This document shows positions 40,247 through 53,844 of a stretch of DNA of 64,000 nt, piece by piece. Every line of letters starts with the position of its first letter. The stretch's first letter is position 1. Source of the stretch: Octopus vulgaris (Eukaryota); assembly GCA_951406725.2 (NCBI GenBank), contig OX597838.1:11160001-11224000 (forward strand). The letters run 5' to 3'. The notes under the pieces were generated by a model. It did not search any database. It was not told the DNA's origin and was given only the letters and a program-made list of their open reading frames with translations. The position numbers and the translations under genes are program-made.

Positions 40247-41069
40247 ATGTATCATCATCATCATTTTAATGTCCACTTTTCCATGCTTGCATGGGTCAGA
40301 CAGATTTTGTCAAGGCAGATTTTCTACAGTTGGATGCTTTTCCTGTTGCCAACCATCACCTGTTTCCATGTAATGTAATATTCCCCATGACCAGATATGT
40401 TTTCACACATATTAACTTATTAGATGGTATCTATGAAGATTGATCATTGGCATTTACTGGTATTTAATTCTTTTCTACTAGAGGCATAAGGCCCGCAATT
40501 TTGGGGGAGGAAGCCAGTCGAATAGATCGACCCTAGTACATAACTGGTACTTAATTTATCAACCCTGAAAGGATGAAAGGCAAAGTCAACCTTGGCAGAA
40601 TTTGAACTTAGAACATAAAGACAGACGAAATACCACTAAGCATTTCACCCAACGTGCTAATTTTTTGTGCCTGATACGAAAGAACATGCTAACTATATAT
40701 TAATTAAACTATAATCTAAACAGTTAATTATAAGTTGTGAAAGATACCAGTACTGTTATATATAAGCTAAGTATGAATTTCTAAGGGTATAAAAATTAGG
40801 CTTTTTCATAAAGGCTATTAAAAAATAATAAAATGATCAGGTGAGGTAGAACACCATAGAAAAGGAATAAAATAAATGTCAACTCCCTCAGCCCCTTTCC
40901 TAACTGACACTGCTCCCTGTTCCTTGGCCTTAGATTTTGAGATACAAAAATTTGATAAACAAGAAACTTGCCAGGAAAAGGAGCAAAATATAAGGCGAGA
41001 CCATTAGTAAATGGACAAGGGGTGGATGGATACATACGTGCGTGCGTACGTACGCACATACATACATAC

Positions 41070-41230
41070 AAGGTAGGGGCTGAAAATTTCCTGCCTTTGG
41101 TTAAAAGAAAATACAGGAGGATAATTTAATTGTGATTTTATTCAATACATTCCCCTCCCAGCTTCACGCACTTATTGCAGCAGTCCTTTCATGATACCCT
41201 TGAAGCAATGTAATTTTCAGCACCCCTCAC
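41070..41230 (-). mobile_element. Internally deleted mariner remnant
   Basis: Minus strand CNKCVKLGGECIE* resembles the mariner C-terminal WxKCVxxxGxYVE motif; TIR-like ends GGGGCTGAAAATT / AATTTTCAGCACCCC. Confidence 0.65.
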
Positions 41231-41266
41231 ATGTGTGTCAGTGTATACATGTGTGTGTGTGTATGT

Positions 41267-41302
<36 letters not shown>

Positions 41303-41353
41303 GAGAAAATGAAATGACAAAGGAAAAACAATGGTTATGTTATGAACTTCTTT

Positions 41354-41434
41354 AGCTTACAGATGTTTCTGCTATAAGATGCAGTGAACCGATAGTTGAG
41401 TGCCTGAGTAACACCTTATAGCTTCATCAGAACC
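41354..41434 (-). ncRNA. Type I hammerhead ribozyme motif (Penelope-type)
   Basis: Minus strand: GGTT-CTGATGA-A-GCTATAAGGTG..CATCTTATAGC-A-GAAACATCTGTA-AGCT; 11-bp stem II, short near-palindromic stem III, GUA triplet. Confidence 0.6.
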
Positions 41435-44400
41435 TTGAATATGAAGCTAATAAAGATCATAAAATAATCGTTTATTCCTTCGTCATCTCTTTTTCTTATT
41501 ACCGCTCTATACTTGACTAATGCTTTGTTCAGAAGTGTATGTATATTGAGTTCTACACCAGGTTCTTAGCTTCAGAATGCCTAAGTGAAATACAAGTATA
41601 CATATATGTATTGTATAAATTGTCTGTAGACCTTGAGAGCTTGGGATCGACTTGAAAACATTGTCGAGATTGATAAATTGATAAACAAATGAAAGATAAA
41701 GCTGTTTGTTCTTTGCCAATTATTTATTTGGCAGTTTTCTCGGCAGAAAAGGAATGAAAGAATTCGCTGACAATGTCTTTATCATATCAAACTGAACAAC
41801 AATATCTTGCCTCGTCTATATTACATCTCTTTCTGTCCCTTTCATGAAAAGCTCCATTGATTTCAGATCCTTTATAATTTACGGCATGGTCTTTCAGCAG
41901 GCCATGATGATGTTAATAACGATGCTTATGGTGGAGGTGGTGAAGGTGGGATGGTGATCAGCATGGTGGCAGTGGTGGTTCCAAACTCCATCAACAGTAA
42001 TAAGACGTCCTTGTGCAAATCTAATTAATTGGCTAAGAGATTAAAGTGAAAACAAACATCTGATATCTTTTATCTTTTACTTGTTACAGTCATTAGACTG
42101 TGGCCATGCTGGGGCACTGCCTTGAATGGTTTCAGTCGAACAAGTCAACCTCAGGACTTAAGATTTTTTTTTTTTAGTATGGTATTTATTATATTGGTCT
42201 CTTTTTCAGAATCAAGTTTTGGGGATGTAAACAAACCAACATCAATTGTCAAGCAATGTAGTGGGGGATAAATACAGACACAAACATACAAGCTTCCACT
42301 GACTGCTGCACAGTGGGATTGAACCCAACACCACATGGCGACAAAGCAAGCTTCTTAACCACATAGCCATGCCTGCCAGCAGTTGTTGCTTATCCCCAGA
42401 ACAGACCTACAATCCCTAGCATTCCAGTTATGACCATCCTGTCAGTAGACATAGAAGTATATAGGAACAACATCATCTAAAGTGTCGTTTTCTTAATTAA
42501 AATACTTGTGTTTGAAGAGAGATTTGACTGCTATTTCTAGCTTGTCAATTTACAGTAAAGAGGTTTTGTGAATGGTCTGTAGCATTGTAAACCTTCATGT
42601 CAGTTAAGATGTTTCCAAGAGACAATCTAGTGTTGTCTGTCCCCTTCAAGAAAACGATTTAGACATGTATCCATTGTCACAGATTATCATCGTCATCATT
42701 TAACATCTGTTTTTCCATGCTGGCATGGGTTGGATGTTTTGACAGGGTCTGGTAAGTTCCAGGGCCAATGTCAGCTTTGGTGAGGTTTCTATGGTTGGAT
42801 ACCCTTCCTTAATACCAATCGCTTACAGTGTACATTGGGTGCATTTTTTATGTCACAGGCTGTCGAGTAACTTGCAAGACAAAAACAGAACAAATAAAAA
42901 GGAAAGGAAATAGGGAAAAAAATCTCCCCACTCCAGGGGGGGGGGGGCATTTGAAGAAGGACAGTTGTTTCATGTCAAGTGTCAAGGAACAAGCACAGGT
43001 GTCCTGCTATAAAAGAGATACATGACTACCCTGCATCATATAAGGGTGGGCAAGAGGATATTAATACTATGAACATACAGTTACTTCATATATTAGTATG
43101 ATACAGCTTGGTCAAAGTTCTCTTTGCAGTCAAACAGTCTAGGTTCAATCTCAATTTTGTCCTATGTAATAGGACAAAATTAATAGTATTTATTCTCACC
43201 GAAGCAAGGCTTGATAACCTCACTACCTCCTCATCATCATCATCATCATTTAGCATCCGCTTTCCATGCTAGCATGGGTTGGATGGTTCAACTGGGGTCT
43301 GTGAAGCCAGAAGGCTGCATCAGGCCCAGTCTGATCTGGCAGTGTTTCTACAGCTGGATGCCCTTCCTAACGCCAACCACTCCGTGAGTGTAGTGGGTAC
43401 TTTTTACGTGCCACCCGCAGCTGGCAAACGGCCACGGACCTAGTAAAAAAAAAAAAAAAATTTGGAGGGGTCTCTAATAAACCAGCCTGTGCTACCTTCC
43501 GCAAATATCTTTCACCATTGTGTTAAGCTGACCCAAGCTCTGAAAGTGAAACTGGGGCAACAGAAATAGTGGCTGGATTGTACTTGCAATTCAAAGGCCT
43601 GGGTCTGACTAGCTGAGTGAGGCTAAGCAGCAACAGCAGAATTGAGCAGAAAACAATGAAGAACTGAGCAGAGAAAAAACAGCAGAATATTGAGCAGAAA
43701 ATCGCAACAGCAGAACTGCACATGGCTACATACAACTTTACAATAGAGATGAGCACAGTTATACACCAATAATCCAGCCACATGCATTTTATAAGCAAAG
43801 CTCTGCTATACTCGCATGTTATAATAAAACATATATAATATATAACAAAGCATATATACAATGAAATATTGAATATATATATACAACTACATGTGAGATT
43901 CCACTCAATAGAAAAAAAATAGTGTTCCATAACTATCTACACATTTTATTGATCCAGTTCAGTCGATAAAAAGCCCAAGCGATAAAATTTTGATAATGAA
44001 AGTAGCCAGGGTTTATGCTTCAATGAGATGAAAAGACTTAATCAGAAGTCAAAAGAATAAGTGTAAAAACACAACGCATAAGTACAAAAAAGAAGAAAAC
44101 ACATTGAAAGTATTCTTACTACCGACAGACCAAAACAGCCTCAACATGAGACCATTATAAAGAACAGAATGTCTATTAAATGAAGAAAGAATGAAGAACT
44201 GCAACATGCTGCTATTATTTATATATAAAATGTCAAAATTGAATAATTCATAACAATGAGAGAGAGAAATAATAAACCTACCTAACTACCAACAGACCAA
44301 ACTAACATCAACACAAGCCAATAAGGGAGGTGCTATGCGGTCTCTCAGCCTGCTAGAAATAGCAGCCAAACTTTTCAGAAATTATATTTGTTTTATATAA

Positions 44401-47281
44401 AGACCAAACACATTAGAAGATAGCATGGTCTGACATAATCTGAAGGGTGGTAGACTGACAGAATGGGTAGTACATCAGACAGAATACCTTTACCTTCTGA
44501 GTTCCGATTCTGTCAAGAATTTTGCTTTTCAGCCTTCAGGGATCAATAAAATAAAATACCAGCAATAATAGAGTACTGAGGTTGATGCTATTGACTAACC
44601 TTCTCTCCTCAAAACTTTTGCTCATTGCCTAAATTACAAGTCTGAATGTTGAAGTCCCACAACACCTTAATGTGGAAAAGGATAGCTACTGGATTTGGTT
44701 AAAAAGAGATGATAAGCAATGGCTAGAAGAATATTGTGCTATATTTAATAACCAGTTGATCTAGCGAGAAGGGCCTCATATCAGTGGGGGAGGGGCAGTA
44801 CGCATTGATGCTGTTGAGAGGTAAGCCCTGAAATGGCGTGCATTCTCTCTTGATGACCCTCACACACTTGTTGGCTTCCAGTATGCGGGATTCTCAACTG
44901 GTACCACTTGCACATGCAAGTTGTTTGCAAAACATGTATGTATGTATGTATGTATGTCTATGTGTCTTTGTATCTTCCACCACCACTTAACAACTGGTGT
45001 TGGTATGTTTATGTCCCTGTAACTTACCAGTTTGGTGAAAGAGTCCAATAAAATCAGTACCAGGTTTTAAAAAATAAAAAAAGTACTAAAGTCAATTCAT
45101 TCAACTAAAGGCTCCAAGGTGGTGCCCCAGCATGGCCACAGTCTAATGACTGAAACAAGACGATAAAAAGACACCATAAAATTAAGAGACTTTACCATGT
45201 TTTCTTACTCAGAGATTCAAGGCCAGGAATTTAGGAGGAAAAAAAAACCCATCAATTATATTGACCCCCACCACCACCACCAGTGCTAAACTGGTACTTA
45301 TTTCATCAAGCCCGGAAGAATGGAACACAAAGTCAATTCTGGTGGGATTGAACTTGTATCATAAAGAATGGTAACTAAATATTGCACAGTATTTTCTTTT
45401 GCTCTCAAACAATTCTGATAATTTTCTGTCCTTAATAAAGTCAGAAATGTTATTGATTGACTCTACTCATTATGATATCTTTTAAGTTTTAATTGCCAGA
45501 ACAATTAGCTTTATATCTGAATATTAAGTTATGTTTTATAAAATCATCTAATTCTTAATTGCATCTCTAATTAGTTGGACAATTAAAAACAATGTTTGTT
45601 TTTTTTAACTGAAGAATAAAAGAGAAACTGAAAGAGAACTGAAACATCATCATCGTTATTATCATCATTTAATGTCTGTCCTCCATGCTGACATGGGTTA
45701 GAGGAGTTGACAGCAGCTGGTGAACTAGAAAACTGCACCAGGCTTTCACTGTCTGTTTTGGCATGGCTTTCATGGCTGGATGCCCTTCCTAACGCCCACC
45801 ACCCAGCTGAGTGGACACCTTACAGAAGACACCATAAATCATTTGTGTGTATGTGTCTGAGAGAGTGAAGTGTGTGTGAGTGAGTGAGGTGAAAGAGAGA
45901 AAGAGAAAGAGAGAGTGTGACAGTGGGGGGGATTGTGTATGTGTGTGTGTATTGTACTTTATAGTTTCAGTCTTTCGTCTATGCATGTACACAGTTGGAC
46001 ACCTCATCAGAGCCCTATCCTGGAGGCACCTGATGCTTCAGGTATTACAACATGCACCCATACAGGTGCAACCACCCACCACACCAAGGTTGATCGAGCC
46101 AGTTTGATTAGCAGGTTAAAATATCTTTTACCTTTTACTTGTTTCAGTCATTGGACTGTGGCCATGCTGGAGCACTATTATAAAGTGTTTAATTGAAGAA
46201 ATCAACCCCAGTACTTATTTTTTTAGAGCCTGGTATTTATTCTATCAGTCTCTTTTGCCAAAGTACTAGGTTACAGGAACGTAAACAAACCAACACTGGT
46301 TGTCAAACACACATAATGAACTTCTTTCAGTCTCCACTTAGCAAATCCACTTATAATATGATGGTGATGATGATAATGATGAATATGTAAACTCCAGTAC
46401 GATTAAAACCTGGCTGCCCCTACCCTCACTCGATCAACAATTTCAGGTTAATATTTAAGCCATGTCACTATCCAGCCACAATAAAACTTGATCTGTTGAC
46501 AAGTTGGAATTCCTCAAGACCACATTTTTTCTTTTTGGCTTTCTTATGTATGTATTTACGTATTTTTTTCCCCCTTTCCGACTCTTGTACGCTCTGCCTT
46601 CCCTCGTAACAGTAACATTTTACTAAGCTGAGCACTGACTGCAGTTTTGTTCTAGATGCCAGTGTTATTCCATAAGCAGCTTAGAGCAGTAGCGAGCGCA
46701 GACAATTGCTGTTGAGATTAACCTATATCTTTATCTATATTTGACCACACTTACAAACAAACAGCAGAAGCAGAAGCATTGTAAGAGAAAAGTTTGACCT
46801 TTTTGTTTCCATTTTTTATTTAGATAACTAGGTAAATGAGAGTTGGGTTTCTTGATCACAAAAATAATATTGACAAGTATTCATTGATTTCTTTTCTTCA
46901 ATATCAGTGCAGCTATGGCAGTGTGGTAAGAAATTTGCTTACCAACCACAAGGTTTTGGGTTTTGTCCCTCTACGTGGCACTTTAGGAAGTGTCTCCCTG
47001 TGTAGACATCATGTTGACCAAAGCCTTGTGAGTGGATTTGGTAGATAGAAACTGAAAGAAGCATGTCGCATGTGTGTGTGTGTATGTGTAAATATGTATA
47101 TGTATGTGTGTATGTTCCTTGTCGTGTTCATCCTCCACCATTGCTTAAGAACTCCTCTTGTTGATTTCATTATGCCTATAACTTAGAGGTTCAACAAAAG
47201 AGACCAATAGAATATGCACTAGACTTTAAAAACAAAATGTAGGCACTGGGTTCACTTTGTTCAATTAAACCCTTCTGGACA

Positions 47282-47518
47282 GTGCTGAAAATAGACTCCA
47301 TCAACTGCCAGTGGGGCAAGCTAGAGGTAGTAGATAGCTTCCATTATCTAAATGACCAAGTTAATAGCAGAGATGGATGCTCCGAGAGCATAGCTGTGAG
47401 AATAAGATTAGACTGGGCAAAGTTCAGAGAGCTCCTACCTCTGCTGATAGCAAAGGGCCTCTCTCTCCTGAGTGAAAGGCAGATTGTATGATGCCTGTGT
47501 ACAAACAGCTATGCTACT
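47282..47518 (+). mobile_element. RTE-clade LINE fragment
   Basis: LEVVDSFHYL...RIRLDWAKFRELLPLL...KGRLYDACV resembles the post-RT region of RTE elements. Confidence 0.75.
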
Positions 47519-47683
47519 GGGAAACAAGCAAGGGCTATCATCCAGCCATAGAAAAACCTGCTTCAACAAATTCTATTTGATCCGTGCAAGCATGGAACAC
47601 TGGGCATTAAAGTGGCAAGGAGAATGGTGAAACCCATTTTCACAATTTCATCTCTCAACTAAAAAATGAATCTATCTAATTAA

Positions 47684-47905
47684 TCCTTTAGCATTCAGAT
47701 TATTCTATCAAATGAAATGCTTATTTATTCACATTGTTTTGAATTAATTATGCATTATCTTGTGGCTTTGAGATTCTGATGATGAGATCATTTTCTTTCA
47801 AGAATAACATTGTAGGGCAGGTGTGAGAAGCCAGATCTGGTTAGTCTGAACATAAAACATGTAGAATACTTGGGTCAGGTATGGCTGGTTTGAATGCTGA
47901 TCGGT
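47684..47905 (-). mobile_element. TTAA-type MITE
   Basis: ttaa|tcctttagcattcaga...gaatgctgatcgg|ttaa; reverse of 62084-62303. Confidence 0.7.
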
Positions 47906-48095
47906 TAATTCTATGGAATTGAGTAAATTTACGTTTTAAACTACACACTTTTAAAACACTGAATATAGCCCACAGACCCCCACTACTATTATTGTGGACC
48001 CTCAGATGTTCTGTAAACTCCATTATAGTAATACAAAGAGGTGAATCAATTGTTACAATGTCCAGTTACTGGCTGGGTGGTTTAATTTCATTTAG

Positions 48096-48520
48096 CCCTT
48101 TAGCATTTAAACAGGCCCTATCTGGCCAAAAATATATCTGTTTTATGTACAACTGGCCAGATTTAGCCTCTGATACCAACGCAATATTATTCTGAAAATT
48201 AACAGTTAACTCATCAAAATCTCACAACTACAAGATAGTACATAATTAATTCAAAACAATGTGGATCAGTGCTTTTCAACATTTTTGCTGGAGCGGAACC
48301 CCAAGGAAACATTCCACTGACTCGAGGAACCCCTGTGCAATAATTTAATAGACTTATGTACACATATCTGCACAGGAGAATTAAGAATTACTGTCGATTT
48401 TAGCAGTTTTCTAACTTCTTGCGGAACCCCTGGACTGTACTGGCAGAGCCCTGGTTGAAAACCACTGACGTGGATAAATAAGGATTTCTTTTGATAGAAT
48501 AAGGTGAATATGAAAGGGTT
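48096..48520 (+). mobile_element. TTAA-type MITE split by a hAT MITE
   Basis: CCCTTTAGCATTTAAAC ... GAAAGGG|TTAA. Confidence 0.75.
48267..48467. mobile_element. hAT/Charlie-like MITE
   Basis: TIRs CAGTGCTTTTCAAC / GTTGAAAACCACTG; 8-bp TSD atgtggat / acgtggat. Confidence 0.9.
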
Positions 48521-48956
48521 AAATTTGAACCTGTGATTTTAGGCTTGTCACTAAGAGAAAGGGAAAGAGGAATAGAGTGAGTGAGTGGGAGGGAGGGAGG
48601 GAGAGAGAGAGACTTATTCTGGTCAAGTTGTTTTGATACTCTATACCAGCAGTGACCCAATGAGCTGTTCAGGGTCATGGTACAGGTTTCCATAGCATAA
48701 AATCTATAGTTTCAGCAAAAGAAGTTAATTATTAACGTCCTTGTTTTCAGATGAATGGAACGAATGAAAGATCTGTGTATGGAGAAAAGAGATGCAAAGA
48801 ATACACAATGCTATGTAACACAATACGGCTGTCACGCACCTACCTGAACTGAACTAATTATTGATAAATACGAAGTAATTAGATAACTTTAATACCCTGT
48901 TGCGAAAGTGTTTATTGTCTCATTTCCCCCCTCATGTCTTTGTATTTTATCTTTTA

Positions 48957-49260
48957 CTAGCAGTATCGCCCGGCGTTGCTCGGGTTTGTAAGGGAAATAA
49001 CTATATAAGCATTTTTAGAGAGTTACTTCCCTTATATAATAGCAAAAAAAATGCATTAAAAATGGGAAAAAATGATGGTAAATTTTTTTTTAAATCGTAG
49101 ACTCATCGTAGACGCGCGCTAATACCCAGAAAGGCTCGATATGAATCACGACTATAAGATACCGGCTTTTGGTTAAACTGCACCGCAAAATGTGGGAGTA
49201 GTTAGGAATCTAAATCGGAGGAGACAGACTCTCACACAACTTCACTTTTATATATAGAGA
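48957..49260 (-). mobile_element. Non-autonomous Helitron-type element (304 bp)
   Basis: Minus strand begins TC(TCTATATATAAAAG), ends with hairpin CCCGAGCAACGCCGGG then CTAG; inserted between A and T with no TSD, inside a SINE tail. Confidence 0.8.
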
Positions 49261-49577
49261 TTTGATTCAGTCATTCGACTGTGGCCATGCTGGGGTACTG
49301 GCGTGAAGGGCTTGGTTGAATGAATCAACCTCGGTATTTTTAAGTTTGGTATTTATTCTATTGGTCTCTTTTGCCAAACTGCTAAGTTATGGAGTGTTGT
49401 GCGAGAGTAAGATGGCCCCTAGCATGAACGGACAGAAATATCAACAAACAGAAATATATCAGCAGCAGGTGAAAAAAAAATGTCAGGTGAGATTGGTTTC
49501 TAAGAAACCATGGAACTGACTAACAAAAGAGACTGATAGATTAAATACCAGGTTTAAAAATAAGTACTGGTGTCACC

Positions 49578-49877
49578 ATCCGTATCGTGGCCGATGCCAG
49601 CGCCGCCTAGACTGGCTTCCGTGCCGGTGGCATGTAAAATGCACCAATCCGATCGTGGCCATTGCTAGCCTCGCCTGGTAGCTGTACCGGTGGCACATAA
49701 TAAACACCCACTACACTCACGGAGTGGTTGGCATTAGGAAAGGCATCCAGCTGTAGAAACACTGCCAGATCAGACTGGAGCTTGGTGCAGCCTTCTGGCT
49801 TCCCAGATCCCCGGTCGAACCGTTCAACCCATGCTAGCATGGAGAACGGGCGTTAAACAATGATGATGATGATGATG
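49578..49877 (+). mobile_element. RTE-derived non-autonomous retroposon nested in a SINE tail
   Basis: Same family as 11038-11336; SINE tail halves on both sides. Confidence 0.8.
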
Positions 49878-50584
49878 AAACCCTTCAAGGCAATGTCCCA
49901 ACATGAGCCCCAGTCCAATGGCCGAAACATGTAAAATGATAATGTTCCTTTATATTCCAAGTTCAAATCCCAGAGTCAACACCACTTTTCATTCTTCTGG
50001 GGTTGATAAAATGAAATAGCAGTAAAATATTGGAGTCCACTAACTGTAGTTCTGCCCCAATATATTTCTGATCATATGCCAATGTCAGAAATCAATAATT
50101 GTCTTTGTGTTGCAAGAGATACACAAGCAAATATTTAACAGAACTAATTAACAATGGATGTGTAAAGCCAATTTTTTGGCCTCGCAGTTTTCACAACCGA
50201 TTTTTCTTGTATCCAACACACTTTGCAAATCTGTAGCTCTGTTATGAAACAAAATATAAATTTTCTGGTATGAAATTGGTTTAACTAAAAATAAAAAAGT
50301 AATTACTATTACTGCCCACTACGAGCATCAGAAGCAGTATTAGTTCAAAATAGTAAACTGGGTATTACACTGTAAAGAGATACCTTGTTGAAAGCCTAAT
50401 AAACTGCAATATTCACCTCAAGATAGTATCTCTTATAGATGTAGAGAAATATATATATAGATGTATAGTAATATATATAGAAATATATCAGCAGCAGGTA
50501 AAAATTGCATGACTGATATATTTCTACAGTTTTTAATACTATGCATCTTTAAACACACTTCCCCACCCATCAACTTCTCTATGT

Positions 50585-50760
50585 GGACCTGGCCTCAGGC
50601 ACCAGGCCGTGTGGAACCCCCAGATTCTGTTTCCAAGACCAGCTCAAGGCCACTCTCCTTGGCTGCCCCACTGACCCAAATACCTCGGAGACAATCACCA
50701 AGAACCACTCAAAGTGGCAGCATGTCAGCAGAAAGTGGACCAGATGGAAAAGAATAGACA
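50585..50760 (+). mobile_element. RTE/BovB-like LINE C-terminal remnant
   Basis: DLASGTRPCGTPRFCFQDQLKATL...DPNTSE...SKW resembles GELxxGxRxxGRPxxRxKDxLK. Confidence 0.6.
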
Positions 50761-53475
50761 TGAAGAGGCAAAGATCAGACATCGAAGATGCAAAGAGTAA
50801 CTTACACTTGCTCATCCCCTGCCAACCCTAACCTATGATAAATGCTTCTAGCTCTTCTATGCCACCCTTTGCCAGAACAGTCACCTCAGGCACCAGCACC
50901 CATCAAGACGAAAAGGCACAATCACTTGCTACAGATTAACTACTCAGGCACAAGTTAATGCCGACTATGATGACCTTTAAAGAGATGCTATCTTGAGATT
51001 GATACAGCTGTTTATCAAGCTATCAACACTGTATCAGCTTTGAGTATCATAAACAGATTACTAATACTACATTTGAATAATATGCAATTTCTCCCTCTCA
51101 ATTTTTAAACTAAATAATTAGAGATATGTTTTATGCACAAGAAAAGAACTATCACCTCTTTTTTCCTATTCCCCACTATGTGGCCATATTTGGAACGATG
51201 TGACCAAGAGTAAGTTATAATCACTGACCAAACTGACTGGCTTCTCTTTTCTTCATTATTGTTCATATTTACAAATGTTTTTCCATGCAGTGTAGGTTAG
51301 ATCAATATTTCATTCTTGGCAGAAAGCCAGCAGTTTTATGGGGAACAAATTAGCCGATTTCATCAGCTCAGTGTAACTCAGGTACTTATTTTTATCAACC
51401 TTAAAAGGGTGAAAGGCAAAGCTGACCTTAACAGTTTTTGAACTCAGAACACAGAGCTGCAAGAAATTTCATTAAGTATTCTGTCCAAAGCACTATTATT
51501 GAAGCATTATTTTACTTCTGGATGCTCTTTCTGTTGCTAACACTTACTTGTTTCTTAAGTCAGAGATATCTTATTCCACATGTCTTCAAAGACACAGAGC
51601 CAGTGGAGAAGCCATTGACAGGAGACTTGACAGCAATAACAACATGCATAACTGAACAATGTTTGGTGATTCACAATGTGTAAGCGCAAAGCCATGTACA
51701 CACATGCACAACATATATATATATCATCATCATTTAATGCATGTTTTCCATTCTGGCATGGGTTGGATGGTTTGACCAGAGCTGGCAAGCGGGAGACCTG
51801 CACCAGGTTCCAATCTGATTAGGCTTCATTTCTCCACACACACACACACACAGTGGACTTTCTGTTGCGAAGGGTTCTGCAATTTCTTTCTGAACATCCT
51901 GCACATATGATCTGTGTCATACACCACACACCAGATGTCAAAGTGATCAGAGAGCAACAGGAAGTGAAGTGTTTTGCACAAGAACCACAATACACAACCC
52001 TAGCCTGGGAACTGAAACTATGATCTTGCAATCATGAGTGCAACACCCTAACCACTAAGCTACACTTATACACATACACTTATACATACATATCACATAT
52101 AGTGCTGATGCCACATAAAAAGCATTCAGTTCATACTGTAAAGTGGTGGGCATTTGGAAGGGCATCCAGCCGTAAAAACCATATGAAAACTGACCTCGCC
52201 TCTGATGGTGCCATGTACAAAGTACTGAGTCCATTCTATGGGGTGGTTGGTGTTAAGAAAGGAATCCAACCATAAAAACCATTCCAGAACAGACACAATA
52301 GCCTGGTGTAGTCTTCTGTCTAGCTGACTCCTGTCAAACCATTCAACCCATGCCAGCATGAAAGACAGACACTGAATGATGATGATGATGATGATGACCA
52401 CAGGCTTCTTTCATTTTCCATCTAGCCTAATTCCACTCACAAGGATTTGGTTAGCCTGGTGCTATGCAGTAGGATTGAACCTAAAGCCATACAAGTACGC
52501 CTAACAAAAAGTTTAGAATTACTATAATAATTTTACATTCTTCTATGATTGTGATAAAGTATCAAATGTTTAGCATATTTCTACAAGTATGCGCACATTC
52601 GACATTGTACCAATCGATGCGGGACTTAATACAGTGACATTTTGCTCATAACTGTTGATATGAAGCAATCAGAAAATATAATTTAACTACAATATTGTTT
52701 TTTTTTGTTTTTTTGTGCATTTTTATTCAGACAGAAATTCATGCTATAAATACATATTATATACGTACAATGACAATACAATTGGTGTCCAATGAAATTA
52801 GATATGAATCTAATGAGATGGAGGGTATAGATTTTTTTTTTTTTTTTTTGAAATCCTGGAAAATTTTTAAATGGTGCTTTCCCAATTATTATGATTCTGA
52901 ATTTATATAAGAAATTTTGAAAATTAACCCACACCCTCCTCTTTTTTTTTTTTTTTTTTCTGCCAAATCTTAAATATCTTATATTCATAAAAATCAAAAA
53001 TTGCTTTACAAAAGTAAAAAAACAAAAACAAAAAAAAAAAAAAAAGATAGCGTAATATATAAACGTTATGAGATTTTTGAAAATCCCATAAGAAATATTC
53101 TTCCTTGGGACAAGACAACTATGCATGCATCACTATAGAAATGGAGAAGCTAAATTGAGTATAAAGTTATTTAAATTCACCATCCTTGTCATAATGAAAT
53201 TGATTTTCTTGGAGGAGGAAAAAAAAAAAAAAAGAAAGAAGCTTAATGTGATTGTGTGATTTTTCACAATGTTGGCTTTACAGCAGATGTACTTTTACAG
53301 CATCTGCAAAATTTATTGGTAAAATTCAGAAATCATTTTTCACATCTGCTTTTTGCTTTGCCTAAGTTACATGAACTTGTTTCATACATTTTTAGACAGC
53401 AATTACAACAAATCTCACTAAAAAATTTTATTTTCAGCATGTCATAATAATAGCGAAGAGTCGGTACATATTATG

Positions 53476-53844
53476 AGAGGCGGTTGGATGGAACCTACAC
53501 TCGCCTCCTTATGAGAGCTCAAAATCTCTCGTGGAAGCGCCATCCAACCAAAATGCAAATATATGGGAAACTACCACCTGTGTCATCTCTTGTGAAAGGT
53601 AGGAGAGTCCAGTTTGCTGGACATTGTTGCAGAGCTGAAAAAGAAGTAATTTCTACTCTTCTCCTCTGGAAGCCATCTACTCGCAATACCAGAAGGCGCA
53701 CACTCTTCTACCCTGATGTAATCTCCAGGGATACAAGCATCCAGCAACAGGACCTCCGTAATGCTATGATGGACCATGAAGTCTGGCGTAACATAGTAAA
53801 TTCCATTGTCTCGACCATGGTCGAATAATGATGAATGATGATGA
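53476..53844 (+). mobile_element. 5'-truncated RTE-group (RTE-X-like) LINE 3' end
   Basis: RLDGTYTRLLMRAQNLSWKRHPTK...RRVQFAGHCCR...LLLWKP; (TGA)n tail; TSD catattatg on both sides. Confidence 0.8.
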
